DNA of 64,000 nucleotides, taken from the NCBI GenBank assembly GCA_021647705.1, contig JAKIUF010000004.1:74878-138877 (forward strand), written 5' to 3'. A program made the translations under genes and the position numbers. Positions within the stretch are counted from its first letter, which is position 1. Each line of letters opens with the position of its first letter. Shown here in pieces: positions 10,368 through 20,657 of the stretch. The notes beneath the pieces are model-generated. The model did no database searches, was not told the origin of the DNA, and saw only the letters and a program-made list of their open reading frames with translations. Origin of the DNA: Gammaproteobacteria bacterium (lineage in GTDB: Bacteria > Pseudomonadota > Gammaproteobacteria > SZUA-152).

Positions 10368-11480
10368 TTACGGCGATACATCAAGCATGCGATTCAATGC
10401 CAGCAGGGCATGCTCGGCCTCGGCCTGTGGCACGGTGATTTGGTTCACCACCCTGCCCTCCAATAAGTTTTCCAGAACCCACAACAGGCTCGACGGCCCG
10501 ATGCGATACATGGTGGAGCACATGCTCACGGTACTGGACATGAAATGCACATTTTTACCTTCGTGTTTGAATTGCTCGTGCAGTCGGTTAACCAGATTCA
10601 GTTCAGTGCCCACCAGCCAGCGGGTACCGGGTTCAGCATCACGAATAGTATTAATAATGTATTCGGTGGACCCCACATAGTCCGATTTCTGACACACTTC
10701 GAAGGAAGATTCCGGGTGGGAAATCACCTTTGTTTCAGGGTATTTTTCTTTGAACTCGTCGATATATTCAGGTTTGAACAACTGATGCACCGAACAATAA
10801 CCTTTCCACAAAATGATTTTGGCTTTTTTGATCTGTTCCGGGGTCAAGCCGCCTAATGGTAAGTCGTAATCCCACACTACCATTTGATCCAACGGGATAT
10901 CCATGCTGAAACCCGTGTTGCGACCCAGGTGCTGATCCGGGAAAAACAATATTTTTTCGCGCTGTTTAAAGGCCCATTCCAGCACATGGGGCGCATTGGT
11001 GGAGGTGCAGACGATACCGCCGTGGCGACCACAAAACGCCTTTAAATCCGCCGCTGAATTGATGTAAGTCATGGGGGTAATCTGTTCGTCTGGCTCCAGC
11101 ACGGTGGATAACTCGCGCCAGGCGCGTTCCACGTTGGCAAGATTGGCCATATCAGCCATGGAACAACCGGCGGCCAGGTCAGGCAGAATGGCAATCTGTT
11201 CAGGACGGGAGACGATGTCCGCCACTTCTGCCATAAAATGCACGCCACAGAAGACGATGTACTCGGCTTTGGAATTCGCGGCACTGCGTGACAATTTTAG
11301 TGAATCACCGCTGACATCGGCATGCCGAAAGGTTTCCTCACGCTGGTAATGATGACCAAGAATGATCAGCCGATCGCCCAGCGCGGCCTTGGCGGCAACG
11401 ATACGTTCCTGGATTTCATCTTCACTCATGGCGGTGAAGTTTTGCATTTCTACTTTCAGCAATGTGGGATTTGCGGACAT
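10368..11480 (-). CDS. nadA: quinolinate synthase A
   Basis: IILGHHYQ, VHFMAE and GCSMADM motifs; 370 aa. Confidence 0.9.
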   Translation of the reverse strand: MSANPTLLKVEMQNFTAMSEDEIQERIVAAKAALGDRLIILGHHYQREETFRHADVSGDSLKLSRSAANSKAEYIVFCGVHFMAEVADIVSRPEQIAILPDLAAGCSMADMANLANVERAWRELSTVLEPDEQITPMTYINSAADLKAFCGRHGGIVCTSTNAPHVLEWAFKQREKILFFPDQHLGRNTGFSMDIPLDQMVVWDYDLPLGGLTPEQIKKAKIILWKGYCSVHQLFKPEYIDEFKEKYPETKVISHPESSFEVCQKSDYVGSTEYIINTIRDAEPGTRWLVGTELNLVNRLHEQFKHEGKNVHFMSSTVSMCSTMYRIGPSSLLWVLENLLEGRVVNQITVPQAEAEHALLALNRMLDVSP

Positions 11481-11706
11481 CTGACAATTTCTCGGTTACG
11501 TCGGTGAGACGATGGTATCACTTTATATTTGAAGTACAACTCAGGAGGGGAAAACGGCATGCATTTCGATGCCGAAAAGGAGTACGAAACCGGTATTTTG
11601 GGAGGGCTTGGGCATACTCAGCAGGCTAAATCCTGTCCGCGAATATGGTGGAATTGAGGCGTTTATCGATTTTTTTGTTCTGCTCTATTCAGCACAAAGT
11701 AAACCC

Positions 11707-11927
11707 GTAGGGTGGAACAAGCGTAGCGGTTCCACTAACAGGCTAGCAAGGAACAACAAATTGTCTCTGTGCTCACGACGGCTGACCCAAAAACCCTGCG
11801 ACAAAAATCCGATTGCTTGAAACAGGAGAGAAAAACCCTCATGCAATTGAGGGTCGAGGGCCGATCGAGCCTTTGAATATGTCCTTTGCCTGCTTGGTGG
11901 AACCGCTGCGCTTGTTCCACCCTACCC
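11707..11927. repeat. REP-like hairpin doublet (GTAGGGTGGAAC..GTTCCAC) in inverted orientation
   Basis: 11707-11737 and the reverse complement of 11893-11927 are near-identical; each is internally palindromic and begins GTAG. Confidence 0.7.
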
Positions 11928-12023
11928 GCTCATCCGTACTTTTAGATGGAATCCAGGCGTTTTAGCCTCCGGACAAGCGCCTCATAATACAAGAAGATTG
12001 TAATTATAATGGTGCTGAAAGTG

Positions 12024-12118
12024 ACGTGTTATAAGCGCAAAGACGCAGAGAACGCAAAGTCTGCTCTTTTTCTCTGCGCTCTCTGCGCCTTTGCATCTCT
12101 GCGTTAGGTTTTATAGCC
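12024..12118. repeat. internal hairpin fragment of the CTCTGCG-rich MITE family (no terminal inverted repeats)
   Basis: gcgcaaagacgcagagaacgcaaag ... ctctgcgctctctgcgcctttgc matches the cores of the full copies at 14685, 28889 and 36315. Confidence 0.6.
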
Positions 12119-12133
12119 CGGTGGGTGAAATGC

Positions 12134-13930
12134 CTACTGCGCCGCACTGTCCTCTTCCACCTTGGGTTTGCTGCGCAATTTAATACCCAATTCGCGTAAC
12201 TGGGCATCACTCACATCGGAAGGCGCATTGGTGAGCAAACAGGCGGCAGTCTGGGTTTTGGGGAAAGCCATCACTTCACGAATGCTGGCCGCGCCGGTCA
12301 TTAACATTACCAGCCGGTCCAGACCGAAGGCGATGCCGCCATGGGGCGGGCAACCGTATTTGAGCGCATCCAGCAGAAAACCAAACTTTTCCTGTGCCTC
12401 TTCGTCAGAAATACCCAATTGGCGGAACACCGCTGCCTGTATGTCCGCGCGATAAATACGCTGCGAGCCACCGCCCACTTCGGTGCCGTTAAGTACCATA
12501 TCGTAGGCACGGGACAGGCAATTGCCCGGGTCGGATTCCAATTTGTCGATATCACTTTCTTTCGGTGCGGTGAAAGGATGGTGCAGTGCCGTCCAACGTT
12601 TACCATCGTGCTCAAACATGGGGAAATCCACTACCCACAGCGGTTTCCAGCCGTGTTCCACCAGACCGCGATCATGGCCCAGCTTGACACGCAAGGCACC
12701 TAACGCCTCGCTGACAATATTAGCCTTGTCGGCACCGAAGAACACCAAATCGCCGTCTTCCGCGCCAGTACGCTGCATGATGCCATCGACGGTTTCATCC
12801 GGCAGGAATTTCAAAATCGGGGATTGCAGGCCATCACGACCTTTGGCCAGTTCGTTGACCTTGATATAAGCCAAGCCCTTGGCACCGTAAATACCCACGT
12901 ATTTGGTGTAATCGTCGATTTCTTTACGGCTTAATTCGTTGCCTTTGGGCAGACGCAACGCAGTCACACGCCCATTCGGGTCTTTGGCCGGACCGGCAAA
13001 CACTTTGAAATCCACGTTTTGCATCAGATCAGCAACATCCACCAATTCCAGTGGAATACGCAAATCCGGTTTATCGGAACCAAAACGCTGCATGGCCTCG
13101 GCATAAGGCATGCGCGGGAAGGGTTTGGGCAGCGGTGCTTCCAGCACATGCGCAAAAATATCGCGCATCATGTCTTCCATTAACGACATAAGCTCTTCCT
13201 CGTCCATAAACGAGGCTTCAATATCAAGCTGGGTGAATTCCGGCTGGCGATCAGCACGCAGATCTTCGTCACGGAAGCAACGCACGATCTGGTAATAACG
13301 ATCCATGCCGGACATCATCAGCAGCTGTTTAAACAACTGTGGCGACTGTGGCAGGGCAAAAAACTGCCCGGGATGGGTACGGCTGGGCACTAAATAATCG
13401 CGTGCGCCTTCCGGGGTGGCTGCGGTGAGCATGGGGGTCTCTATTTCGAGAAAACCCTTTTTATCCAGTGAGTTACGCAGTGTGCGGGCAATTTCAGAAC
13501 GCAGTTTGAGGCGCTGAAACATGGCCGGACGGCGCAGATCAATGTAACGATAACGCAGACGATGCTCTTCGGAGACTTCGTCGTCCTCGATGTCCAGCAT
13601 AAACGGTGGCGTCTCGGCACGGTTGAAAATCTCCAGTTCCTTGCCCAGCACTTCCACCATGCCGGTGGGCATTTCCGGATTTTCCGTGCCTTCAGGACGT
13701 TTGCGTACACGACCGACGACTTTCAGTACAAATTCATTGCGCACGCTTTCGGCCAGAGCAAAAGCTTCCACGGTATCCGGGTCGAACACCACCTGGCTGA
13801 TGCCTTCGCGGTCACGCAGGTCGATGAAAATCACCCCGCCATGGTCGCGACGACGATGCACCCAGCCGCAAAGAGTGACGGTTTCATCAATATTGGATTC
13901 GTTAATCTGGCCGCAATAATGGCTGCGCAT
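12134..13930 (-). CDS. aspS: aspartate--tRNA ligase
   Basis: 598 aa; class II aaRS motifs and AspRS N-terminal OB fold (MRSHYCGQI..). Confidence 0.95.
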   Translation of the reverse strand: MRSHYCGQINESNIDETVTLCGWVHRRRDHGGVIFIDLRDREGISQVVFDPDTVEAFALAESVRNEFVLKVVGRVRKRPEGTENPEMPTGMVEVLGKELEIFNRAETPPFMLDIEDDEVSEEHRLRYRYIDLRRPAMFQRLKLRSEIARTLRNSLDKKGFLEIETPMLTAATPEGARDYLVPSRTHPGQFFALPQSPQLFKQLLMMSGMDRYYQIVRCFRDEDLRADRQPEFTQLDIEASFMDEEELMSLMEDMMRDIFAHVLEAPLPKPFPRMPYAEAMQRFGSDKPDLRIPLELVDVADLMQNVDFKVFAGPAKDPNGRVTALRLPKGNELSRKEIDDYTKYVGIYGAKGLAYIKVNELAKGRDGLQSPILKFLPDETVDGIMQRTGAEDGDLVFFGADKANIVSEALGALRVKLGHDRGLVEHGWKPLWVVDFPMFEHDGKRWTALHHPFTAPKESDIDKLESDPGNCLSRAYDMVLNGTEVGGGSQRIYRADIQAAVFRQLGISDEEAQEKFGFLLDALKYGCPPHGGIAFGLDRLVMLMTGAASIREVMAFPKTQTAACLLTNAPSDVSDAQLRELGIKLRSKPKVEEDSAAQ

Positions 13931-14035
13931 GGTGATTCTGTCCTGTCAGTAGTGACTTAATTTGAGAAAGGCGGGAATGGTACGGATTGGGCCACTTCCT
14001 TGCAACCCGGGCCGCACCTGAGTCAGGGCGGCATA

Positions 14036-14668
14036 TCAGACATCTGTAGCTGGAATTGCTTTAGCACCGCCAGGGGCTTGCTTCCACTCCGGTACCATTA
14101 CTCCGGCAGAGATGATCATCTTCAGACCATCATCTACATTCATGTCCAGTTCCACCACATCACTGCGCGGTACCATGATAAAAAAACCGGAGGTGGGGTT
14201 TGGCGTGGTGGGAATGAATACATTAATCATCTCCTGCCCGGTTTTGATCTGTGCCTCACCCTGGGTAGTGCTGGACTGAAAAGCCAGCGTCCATAATCCT
14301 CTGCGCGGATACTCCACCAGCAGCACCTTGCGGAAAGACTGCCCGGAGGAAAACACGGTTTCCAGAATCTGTTTGACACTGGCATAAATCGTACGCACCA
14401 GCGGAATGCGGGCGAGGATATTCTCCCACACTTCCACCAGCTTGCGGCCAAACAGATTGGCAACCACCACCCCTGTGCCCAGCACAATAATCACCGACAG
14501 CACCACACCCAGGCCCGGTACATGAAAACCCAGCAGGGCTTCTGGCCGATAGGGCTCGGGCAGCCACAGCAAAGTCTGGTCCATGATGCCCACTAACAGT
14601 TTGATGACCATCACAGTCACCCCCAGAGGCACCCATACCAACAAACCGGCAATGAGATAACGCTTCAT
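14036..14668 (-). CDS. DUF502-family membrane protein
   Basis: Two N-terminal TM helices and a conserved DUF502 core (RIPLVRTIYASVKQI). Confidence 0.7.
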   Translation of the reverse strand: MKRYLIAGLLVWVPLGVTVMVIKLLVGIMDQTLLWLPEPYRPEALLGFHVPGLGVVLSVIIVLGTGVVVANLFGRKLVEVWENILARIPLVRTIYASVKQILETVFSSGQSFRKVLLVEYPRRGLWTLAFQSSTTQGEAQIKTGQEMINVFIPTTPNPTSGFFIMVPRSDVVELDMNVDDGLKMIISAGVMVPEWKQAPGGAKAIPATDV

Positions 14669-14684
14669 TTATTTGCTAACCCTT

Positions 14685-14911
14685 ACAATGTGAATTAAAC
14701 GCTAAAAACACGCTACTTTTAAAAATTACCGGGTATTTAACACAGAGGGCACAGAGTTTTGAGTGTTTTTCTCTGCGTTCTCTGCGCCTTTGCGACCTCT
14801 GCGTTTATAACACGCCACTTGGTCAGTACCACCACAACATAAGTTCCCAATGTATTGGAACGATTGCCCGCGGGTTTAAACCGCTGGATTCCAGCTAATT
14901 CACATTTAAAA
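14685..14911. mobile_element. MITE-like element, full copy (~228 bp)
   Basis: Terminal inverted repeats ACAATGTGAATTAAACGCTAAAAA / AGCTAATTCACATTTAAAA; CTCTGCG-rich core shared with other copies. Confidence 0.75.
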
Positions 14912-14921
14912 TGACCGGCGA

Positions 14922-15230
14922 TTAATGGCAGCCACAACCACCGGAACCACACCCTCCCGCTGGCTTGGACTTGGGTTTAGATTGGGCTTTAGTGGTGCTG
15001 TCAGCGGATTTTCCGGCTGACTCATCTTTACTGACATTCTTTTTATTACCGCCTTTAAAGTCGGTCTCATACCAACCGCCGCCCTTAAGACGAAACGCTG
15101 CGGCCGACACCAGCTTTTTCAATTCAGGCTTGTTGCAGACAGGACAATCCACCAGGGGATCATCACTCATTTTCTGAATGGCTTCCTGACGATGACCACA
15201 GGCTTTGCATTCATATTCGTAAATTGGCAT
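14922..15230 (-). CDS. FmdB-family zinc-ribbon protein
   Basis: MPIYEYECKACGH...CPVC plus C-terminal Gly/Cys tail; start taken at MPIYEY inside the longer ORF. Confidence 0.8.
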   Translation of the reverse strand: MPIYEYECKACGHRQEAIQKMSDDPLVDCPVCNKPELKKLVSAAAFRLKGGGWYETDFKGGNKKNVSKDESAGKSADSTTKAQSKPKSKPAGGCGSGGCGCH

Positions 15231-15344
15231 TTCTACCTCCTCAAACGGACCAACAAAAAAACATCCACGCATTATACCTGTCCGCTGGACCTTACCGCCA
15301 ATCTGCCCACGAATGCGGAATACTGATAAACTGCGCGCCGTCAG

Positions 15345-15830
15345 TTGGTTACCCCATTAATTAACAAACAAAATCCAACAGTATCAAGAACGAGCGATTC
15401 CATGTCCCCAAAAACCACCTTCAACGGCATCAAAATCACCACAGAAAACAAATGCGGTTTCTGTGACGGTGCCAAGTGCTGCACCTACATCACCGAAGAA
15501 TTGGAGACGCCACGCTCCATGCACGACTTCGACCATATGTTGTGGCAGATTTCTCACGAAAATATTCGTATTTATAAAGATGATGACGGCTGGTATCTGC
15601 TGGTGGAAACCACCTGCCTGCATCTGCAAAAAGATGGCCGCTGCGGCATTTATGACGACCGGCCGCATGTTTGCCGACAGCACGATAACGATTACTGCGA
15701 ATTCGACGCCCCGGCCGAAGATGGTTTTGACCTGTATTTCCAGGATTTTGAGCAGCTGACAAAATATTGTAAAAAACGCTTCAAGGGCTGGAAAAAACGG
15801 TTTAAAAAGTTTGAAAAAGAATACGAATAA
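15345..15830 (+). CDS. YkgJ-family Cys-cluster protein (PF03692 / UPF0153)
   Basis: CGFCDGAKCC...CLHLQKDGRCGIYDDRPHVCRQ. Confidence 0.75.
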   Translation: MVTPLINKQNPTVSRTSDSMSPKTTFNGIKITTENKCGFCDGAKCCTYITEELETPRSMHDFDHMLWQISHENIRIYKDDDGWYLLVETTCLHLQKDGRCGIYDDRPHVCRQHDNDYCEFDAPAEDGFDLYFQDFEQLTKYCKKRFKGWKKRFKKFEKEYE

Positions 15831-15838
15831 AGAATATT

Positions 15839-16537
15839 TCAGCGCTCAACGGTGGGCGGTGGCTGATCAGCTGGCGGCATAATATCGACAAAACTGTGAA
15901 TCGCGGCAAACTCACCCACATCCTTGTCCGGTGCCTGGCTGTCTGGCCGATGCACACACAACAGACTACCCATACCGTATTCCTGCGCCGAGCGCAGCAC
16001 CGGTAAACTGTCATCCACCAGCAACGTCGTTTCCCGCGCAAATAATTCCACGGTTTGCAGCTTGTTCCAAAAACCCGGATCTTCCTTCGGTACGCCAATA
16101 TCATGAGCACAGATAATGGCATCCAGATGCCCGGCCAGACGGGTACGCTCCATTTTCAGCGTAAGGCTCTTCATATGCGCATTGGTCACCAGCACGACAC
16201 GACGACCGCTGGTACGCACCACATCGAGAAAAGTCACTACATGAGGATGTATCGCAATGAGATGATCCACTTCCTCCTTGAGTGCCGCTACATCCATGTC
16301 CAGTTTCTCGGACCAATAATCGAGACAATACCAATTCATCGTACCCGCCACCGCACGATAGAGCCGAAATAACTCGGTGCGAGCCTCTTCCAGCGGCACC
16401 TCCCGCTCCTCTGCGTAACGGCGCGGCATATGCTCCCGCCAAAAATGGTTATCAAAATGCAAATCCAGCAAGGTGCCATCCATATCCAGCAGCACCGTGC
16501 GAATATCATTCCATTGGATCAAAGCCGTCTCGCTCAC
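15839..16537 (-). CDS. HAD-family GMP/IMP nucleotidase (YrfG-like)
   Basis: VLLDMDGTLLDLHFDNHFW is HAD motif I; 232 aa. Confidence 0.75.
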   Translation of the reverse strand: MSETALIQWNDIRTVLLDMDGTLLDLHFDNHFWREHMPRRYAEEREVPLEEARTELFRLYRAVAGTMNWYCLDYWSEKLDMDVAALKEEVDHLIAIHPHVVTFLDVVRTSGRRVVLVTNAHMKSLTLKMERTRLAGHLDAIICAHDIGVPKEDPGFWNKLQTVELFARETTLLVDDSLPVLRSAQEYGMGSLLCVHRPDSQAPDKDVGEFAAIHSFVDIMPPADQPPPTVER

Positions 16538-16702
16538 CGTCTATCGCTCCCGCTATCGCCAAATTCATCACAAAGTGTACCTGAATTTGGGGTTTGAGTA
16601 CGCAGCCCAGCCATTTTGGCCTAAACCCTGGCTACCAGATGCCGACGTTACAGTAGCGACCCTCTTTCCGCGGACAAAAAAACATCAAAACAGACCCGTG
16701 TT

Positions 16703-17170
16703 ATGCCAACAGAAAACGATAATATTTCGGCCATTCTGCAAAAACTGCCGGTATTTGCCGGGCTGACGGAGGATGAATACGGCCATATCCAGAAAATTTG
16801 CCAGCCTGCCCGTTTTAACGATGGGGAAACCCTGTTTGTGGAAGGCGACAGCAGCCCCTGCATGTATGTATTGCTGTCCGGCGACGTGCAATTGCGCACC
16901 CATAATCAGGGACCGATTCACTCGCTGAACCCTGGGGAACTGTTTGGTGAGATCGGTTTCATCAGCCAGCAAGACCGCACGGCCACCGCCATCGCGCGCG
17001 CGCGCGCTGTATTGCTGCAAATTAACTACGATGTCTTTCAGAATCTAGTACTACGCGAGCCACGCATCAGCTTCACCATCATGCGTAACATCATCATGAA
17101 TCTCTCCAACCACATCACACGTATGAACAAAGGCGACGTGCTGGATTTTATTTCCACGGACAACGCTTAA
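16703..17170 (+). CDS. cyclic-nucleotide-binding domain protein
   Basis: GELFGEIGFIS...RTATAIA is the cNMP-binding signature. Confidence 0.75.
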   Translation: MPTENDNISAILQKLPVFAGLTEDEYGHIQKICQPARFNDGETLFVEGDSSPCMYVLLSGDVQLRTHNQGPIHSLNPGELFGEIGFISQQDRTATAIARARAVLLQINYDVFQNLVLREPRISFTIMRNIIMNLSNHITRMNKGDVLDFISTDNA

Positions 17171-17284
17171 ATGTGAATTAAGGGCTAAATTATTCTGTTT
17201 TAGGCATATGCAGCAAAGTTTGGGGAATGAAAACCAATGATTTTATTCGTTTGGATATTTTTAGCGCTTAATTCACATTTAAAT
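17166..17284. mobile_element. short MITE-like copy (terminal repeats only, ~119 bp)
   Basis: CTTAAATGTGAATTAAGGGCTAAA ... TTTAGCGCTTAATTCACATTTAAA; lacks the CTCTGCG core. Confidence 0.7.
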
Positions 17285-17347
17285 CCGGACATAAATATAA
17301 TTATGTCCATAGCCTTTGCTTCAAATTGATTACTGAGCACCCATAAA

Positions 17348-17938
17348 TTATCGTATTAATGGTTCATTTTGTACCGCCGCCAATCGATCATCCGCAGTTT
17401 GTATCGTCACTGGCAAACAATTGGAAAGAACCAATTGTGGTGGTTCAAAAGAGAAAGTGAAATTACCGGCCTTGCGCAGCCCGCTAAGCCCCAGAATATG
17501 TCGTGTGCGACCAGGAAACACAGCCGCCTCCACATCATGCAACTCGCAATCGTCACCCAGGCGGATAACATCAAGACGATACACCGCAACCCGCTCACGC
17601 TGACCATTGGCGAGCACACCCGTAAGATCTCTAACAAAACTGGCCCGACCCTGCTCCTGCAATATTGCCAAACTGTGCTCATCAATCGTGTTGTAACTGG
17701 AGCCGGTGTCAACCAGGAAATCGACCCGACCAATCCCGGCAATCAAACCCTGTACATAAAAGGTCTTAACACGTTTTTCCACCATGGGGACAATATGCCC
17801 TGGCGGCACAGCTAAAGCCACGGAGCCCCCCCCCATGCCAAACAACAATACCCCACAGAGCAATCGTTTTGTTAAATTCACCCGCCATACCTCGTTTTGT
17901 TGCATACCACCGCGAGCAGGAAGCGGTAGCCTTACCAC
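17348..17938 (-). CDS. retropepsin-like aspartic protease (clan AA) with signal peptide
   Basis: FLVDTGSSYNTI is the DTG active-site motif; N-terminal hydrophobic signal. Confidence 0.7.
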   Translation of the reverse strand: MVRLPLPARGGMQQNEVWRVNLTKRLLCGVLLFGMGGGSVALAVPPGHIVPMVEKRVKTFYVQGLIAGIGRVDFLVDTGSSYNTIDEHSLAILQEQGRASFVRDLTGVLANGQRERVAVYRLDVIRLGDDCELHDVEAAVFPGRTRHILGLSGLRKAGNFTFSFEPPQLVLSNCLPVTIQTADDRLAAVQNEPLIR

Positions 17939-18157
17939 AAGAATAACGACTCAACCAACGTGATCCTGAAGGGATATCGCACTGCAAGGCAGGAAAACAA
18001 GTGTAATTGGAGCAGGAAGCGACTTACAATGCCTTCGCCCACATGAGCCACCAAGCCTTGAATATTATGACTAAGTCCAGGGATGTTGAGCACAAAAAAG
18101 CGATAAAAATATTGATGCGCAGAGTAATTTCAGACTAAGTTTTTTGGAGTTAATGAC

Positions 18158-18616
18158 ATGATTCACCACTACTCAATAGCAGTAAGTAATACGAAAAAAG
18201 TTGCCGATATTCTTTCCCGGTTGTTTGAAGGATCAGTTTCAGAATTTGGTCCTTATAAAAATTCGTACATGGTCTGGTTAGGAGACGAATATGGTACTGC
18301 CATAGAAGTGTACCCCGATGGCACTGAAATGATCCCGGACACAGAAAACGGGCAAGCCAGGTTTGCGCATAATGCGACACACTCTGGTTTTACTGCCACA
18401 CACGCAGCGATATCGATTAAACGAACGAGGGAAGAAATCTATACATTTGCAAAAGAATCAGGCTGGCGGGCTTTAGAATTATCGCGAGGCGAATTTAACG
18501 TAATCGAGTTTTGGATAGAAAACAAAGTAATGATTGAGCTGCTAACTCCTGATATGGCAAAAAATTATTTGGCGGTAACTGACAAATACAAATCAATTTC
18601 GACAACACCGGTTTAG
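18158..18616 (+). CDS. VOC/glyoxalase-like protein
   Basis: MIHHYSIAVSN...RLF N-terminal pattern typical of VOC folds. Confidence 0.45.
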   Translation: MIHHYSIAVSNTKKVADILSRLFEGSVSEFGPYKNSYMVWLGDEYGTAIEVYPDGTEMIPDTENGQARFAHNATHSGFTATHAAISIKRTREEIYTFAKESGWRALELSRGEFNVIEFWIENKVMIELLTPDMAKNYLAVTDKYKSISTTPV

Positions 18617-18641
18617 TAAGATTGAGATTTGAATTTTATAC

Positions 18642-19322
18642 TTACGCCGCAACTATGGCTTCAAAACTGCCAATCCATGCATTGAAAACCGGGCATTTTT
18701 CTCTCATTTGAATGACACCAATACGAGTTGCTATGGTAATACCAAGTGTTGTTTTAGAAAATTTTTTGTTTTTTGACCACTCGTCAAGATGTTTGGAAGG
18801 AGCTGTTTGAGGGCTGTTGTTAATAGCTTCTGGTTCGCCGTTTTGAGCTAAAACTCCTGAAATTTTGTGTTCATCAACATCAAGTTCCGCAGCAAGAATT
18901 TCACTGTCACTGAATAACAATGCTTCAAATTCATGGATTGCCATATAGGGAATAAACCTTCGTTCAGATTGTTGCTCTTTAAAAAGTGTATTAACTTCTG
19001 TTTTAGTTGCTTGGTTAATGCACGCTGCTATTTGTTCTGGCCCCGCATTGGGTGAAACTAAATCGATACCTGGCCACTCTTTGATTCCATAATAATCCAC
19101 CAAGGTTGTAACATAAGTATCTTGCTGCTGTTTCAAATGCAGCCCAAGATCTTTTTTGATGCGTTCAAAGCGAACATCGCCACCTTTTTGACCCGGCTTG
19201 CTCACTTGGGTGGCGACCATAAAAACCATCTTTTTTGCTAAATAAGGTGCAAGCACAGATTCCACAAAAATCTGTTCTGTTTTTCCCTCAACGATGGCAA
19301 CGACATTAATAAAATTACTCAT
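18642..19322 (-). CDS. DUF4276-family protein (TOPRIM-like), partner of the upstream ATPase
   Basis: Start taken at MSNFINVVAIVEGKTEQIFV, 4 nt after the ATPase stop; VEGKTE is the conserved DUF4276/TOPRIM-like N-terminal motif. Confidence 0.65.
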   Translation of the reverse strand: MSNFINVVAIVEGKTEQIFVESVLAPYLAKKMVFMVATQVSKPGQKGGDVRFERIKKDLGLHLKQQQDTYVTTLVDYYGIKEWPGIDLVSPNAGPEQIAACINQATKTEVNTLFKEQQSERRFIPYMAIHEFEALLFSDSEILAAELDVDEHKISGVLAQNGEPEAINNSPQTAPSKHLDEWSKNKKFSKTTLGITIATRIGVIQMREKCPVFNAWIGSFEAIVAA

Positions 19323-20421
19323 ATACCGGCCCCCCGGCAATGACATTTTTCGTCCAAAGCTCACCCACTGAATAATTTTCCAACCATTCAGAAAAGTCAG
19401 CTTCATTTAGCCTTTCAAACGATGAAGCCCCCTCTTTTCGGTTAACCACAATAATGTCATTAATGCCAAATTGGTCAACTAGTGCTGGGGACTGGGTCGC
19501 AACAATCACCTGAGTACGCTGTGCTGCTTGCTGAACCAGCTCTGCTAAAATCACAATTGCAGCAGGGTGTAGCCCTAACTCTGGCTCATCGATAATAATA
19601 GCGGAAGGTGGATTCGGTTGTAATAATGCTGTCGCAAGACAGATGAAACGTATAGAACCATCCGAAAGGTGATAAGGCTGCATAGGATAATCAGAGCCTT
19701 TTTGTGTCCAACTAATGTTGACTTCTTCTTTTTCACCACTTTGCCTGGGTTCTAATATAAAATCATCAAAAAATGGGGTAACCAAGCGTATAGCATTTAA
19801 TATTTCCTTGTATTCGCTGTTATGTTGGCCTCTTAACTTAAGCAAAAATGCACCCATATTTGATGCGTCTGTTCGCAGTACTTTGTTATCTTGCACGATC
19901 CCATAATGACGAATACCCGCTGTTGAGCCAGTATCATGGAAATGGTAAATCTGCCAGGATGCAATTGAGTTATAAACGGGCTGTGAATTTTTAGCGTCGG
20001 CTTTTTTATTTTTAACCTCGGCCACCATATGCGATGACCCCTCATCGCTGTCACCAAGCTCCCACCATTTTTTTAATCCGTCTTGATAATATCGTGCTTC
20101 ATCTTCAATAGCACAGGAATCACTCGGCGTTGCTACAAGCTTGAAGCGAAACCCACGAGGACCAAATCGTGTTTCAAACACCATTTTTTTGGTTACTTTT
20201 CTGCCGTGAAAAAGCAGATCACTGGCACCGCCATTATCTCTAACATAGCGATTCAAGTTCCCATCGATCAAAGCACTTAACATTTTAAAAAAGGAGATAA
20301 AGTTACTTTTACCCGCACCATTCCCCCCCACAATCACATTGAGGTTTTTTAATTCAAAGTCAACCAATTCACAGATTGATTTAAAGCCTTTTATGGTTAA
20401 TTTATCTAATGAATCAGTCAT
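19315..20421 (-). CDS. ABC-type AAA_21 ATPase (OLD/RecF-like)
   Basis: Walker A VIVGGNGAGKSNF; Walker B plus signature IIIDEPELGLHP; ATQSP D-loop region. Confidence 0.8.
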   Translation of the reverse strand: MTDSLDKLTIKGFKSICELVDFELKNLNVIVGGNGAGKSNFISFFKMLSALIDGNLNRYVRDNGGASDLLFHGRKVTKKMVFETRFGPRGFRFKLVATPSDSCAIEDEARYYQDGLKKWWELGDSDEGSSHMVAEVKNKKADAKNSQPVYNSIASWQIYHFHDTGSTAGIRHYGIVQDNKVLRTDASNMGAFLLKLRGQHNSEYKEILNAIRLVTPFFDDFILEPRQSGEKEEVNISWTQKGSDYPMQPYHLSDGSIRFICLATALLQPNPPSAIIIDEPELGLHPAAIVILAELVQQAAQRTQVIVATQSPALVDQFGINDIIVVNRKEGASSFERLNEADFSEWLENYSVGELWTKNVIAGGPVYE

Positions 20422-20657
20422 GGAACCTCCTAAATTGATTTCACTTCGGTGCCGGATATATCATAAAAAGCCATCGGTGTTTTTACCTGTGCCGATATCG
20501 ATCATTTTCATAACGCCGCGAAAATGATCATCTCTTTGATTTACTCACCGTGCCAAATTTAACGATTAGAAGATACCTGCTCAGGGTATTCGTTCCGAAT
20601 GATTTCATTTTCAGAAATCACAACCGCAGTACCCGTTTTTTTGAGTAATTTCTTACT

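Noticed and set aside
11569-11920. ORFs 11569..11820 (+) and 11735..11920 (-) in the nadA-aspS spacer
   Set aside because: The region is occupied by REP-like palindromes, and the ORFs have no coding signal. A small RNA cannot be excluded but cannot be supported either.
12162-13960. Many 60-130-aa ORFs on the + strand inside aspS (12162..12455, 12341..12703, 12522..12869, 13562..13960 and others)
   Set aside because: They are antisense to a confidently identified 598-aa aspS gene. Composition and length are typical of spurious antisense frames.
14737-14952. Interpreting the CTCTGCG-rich repeats as a CRISPR array
   Set aside because: The units are short (7 bp), irregularly spaced, and arranged as inverted arms of a hairpin inside terminal-repeat-bounded elements. 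There are no regular repeat-spacer periodicity and no cas genes.
18642-19406. A 254-aa version of the DUF4276 ORF overlapping the ATPase by 92 nt
   Set aside because: The conserved N-terminal motif begins at the internal Met (MSNFINVVAIVEGKTE) 4 nt after the ATPase stop. The upstream extension is unlikely to be translated.
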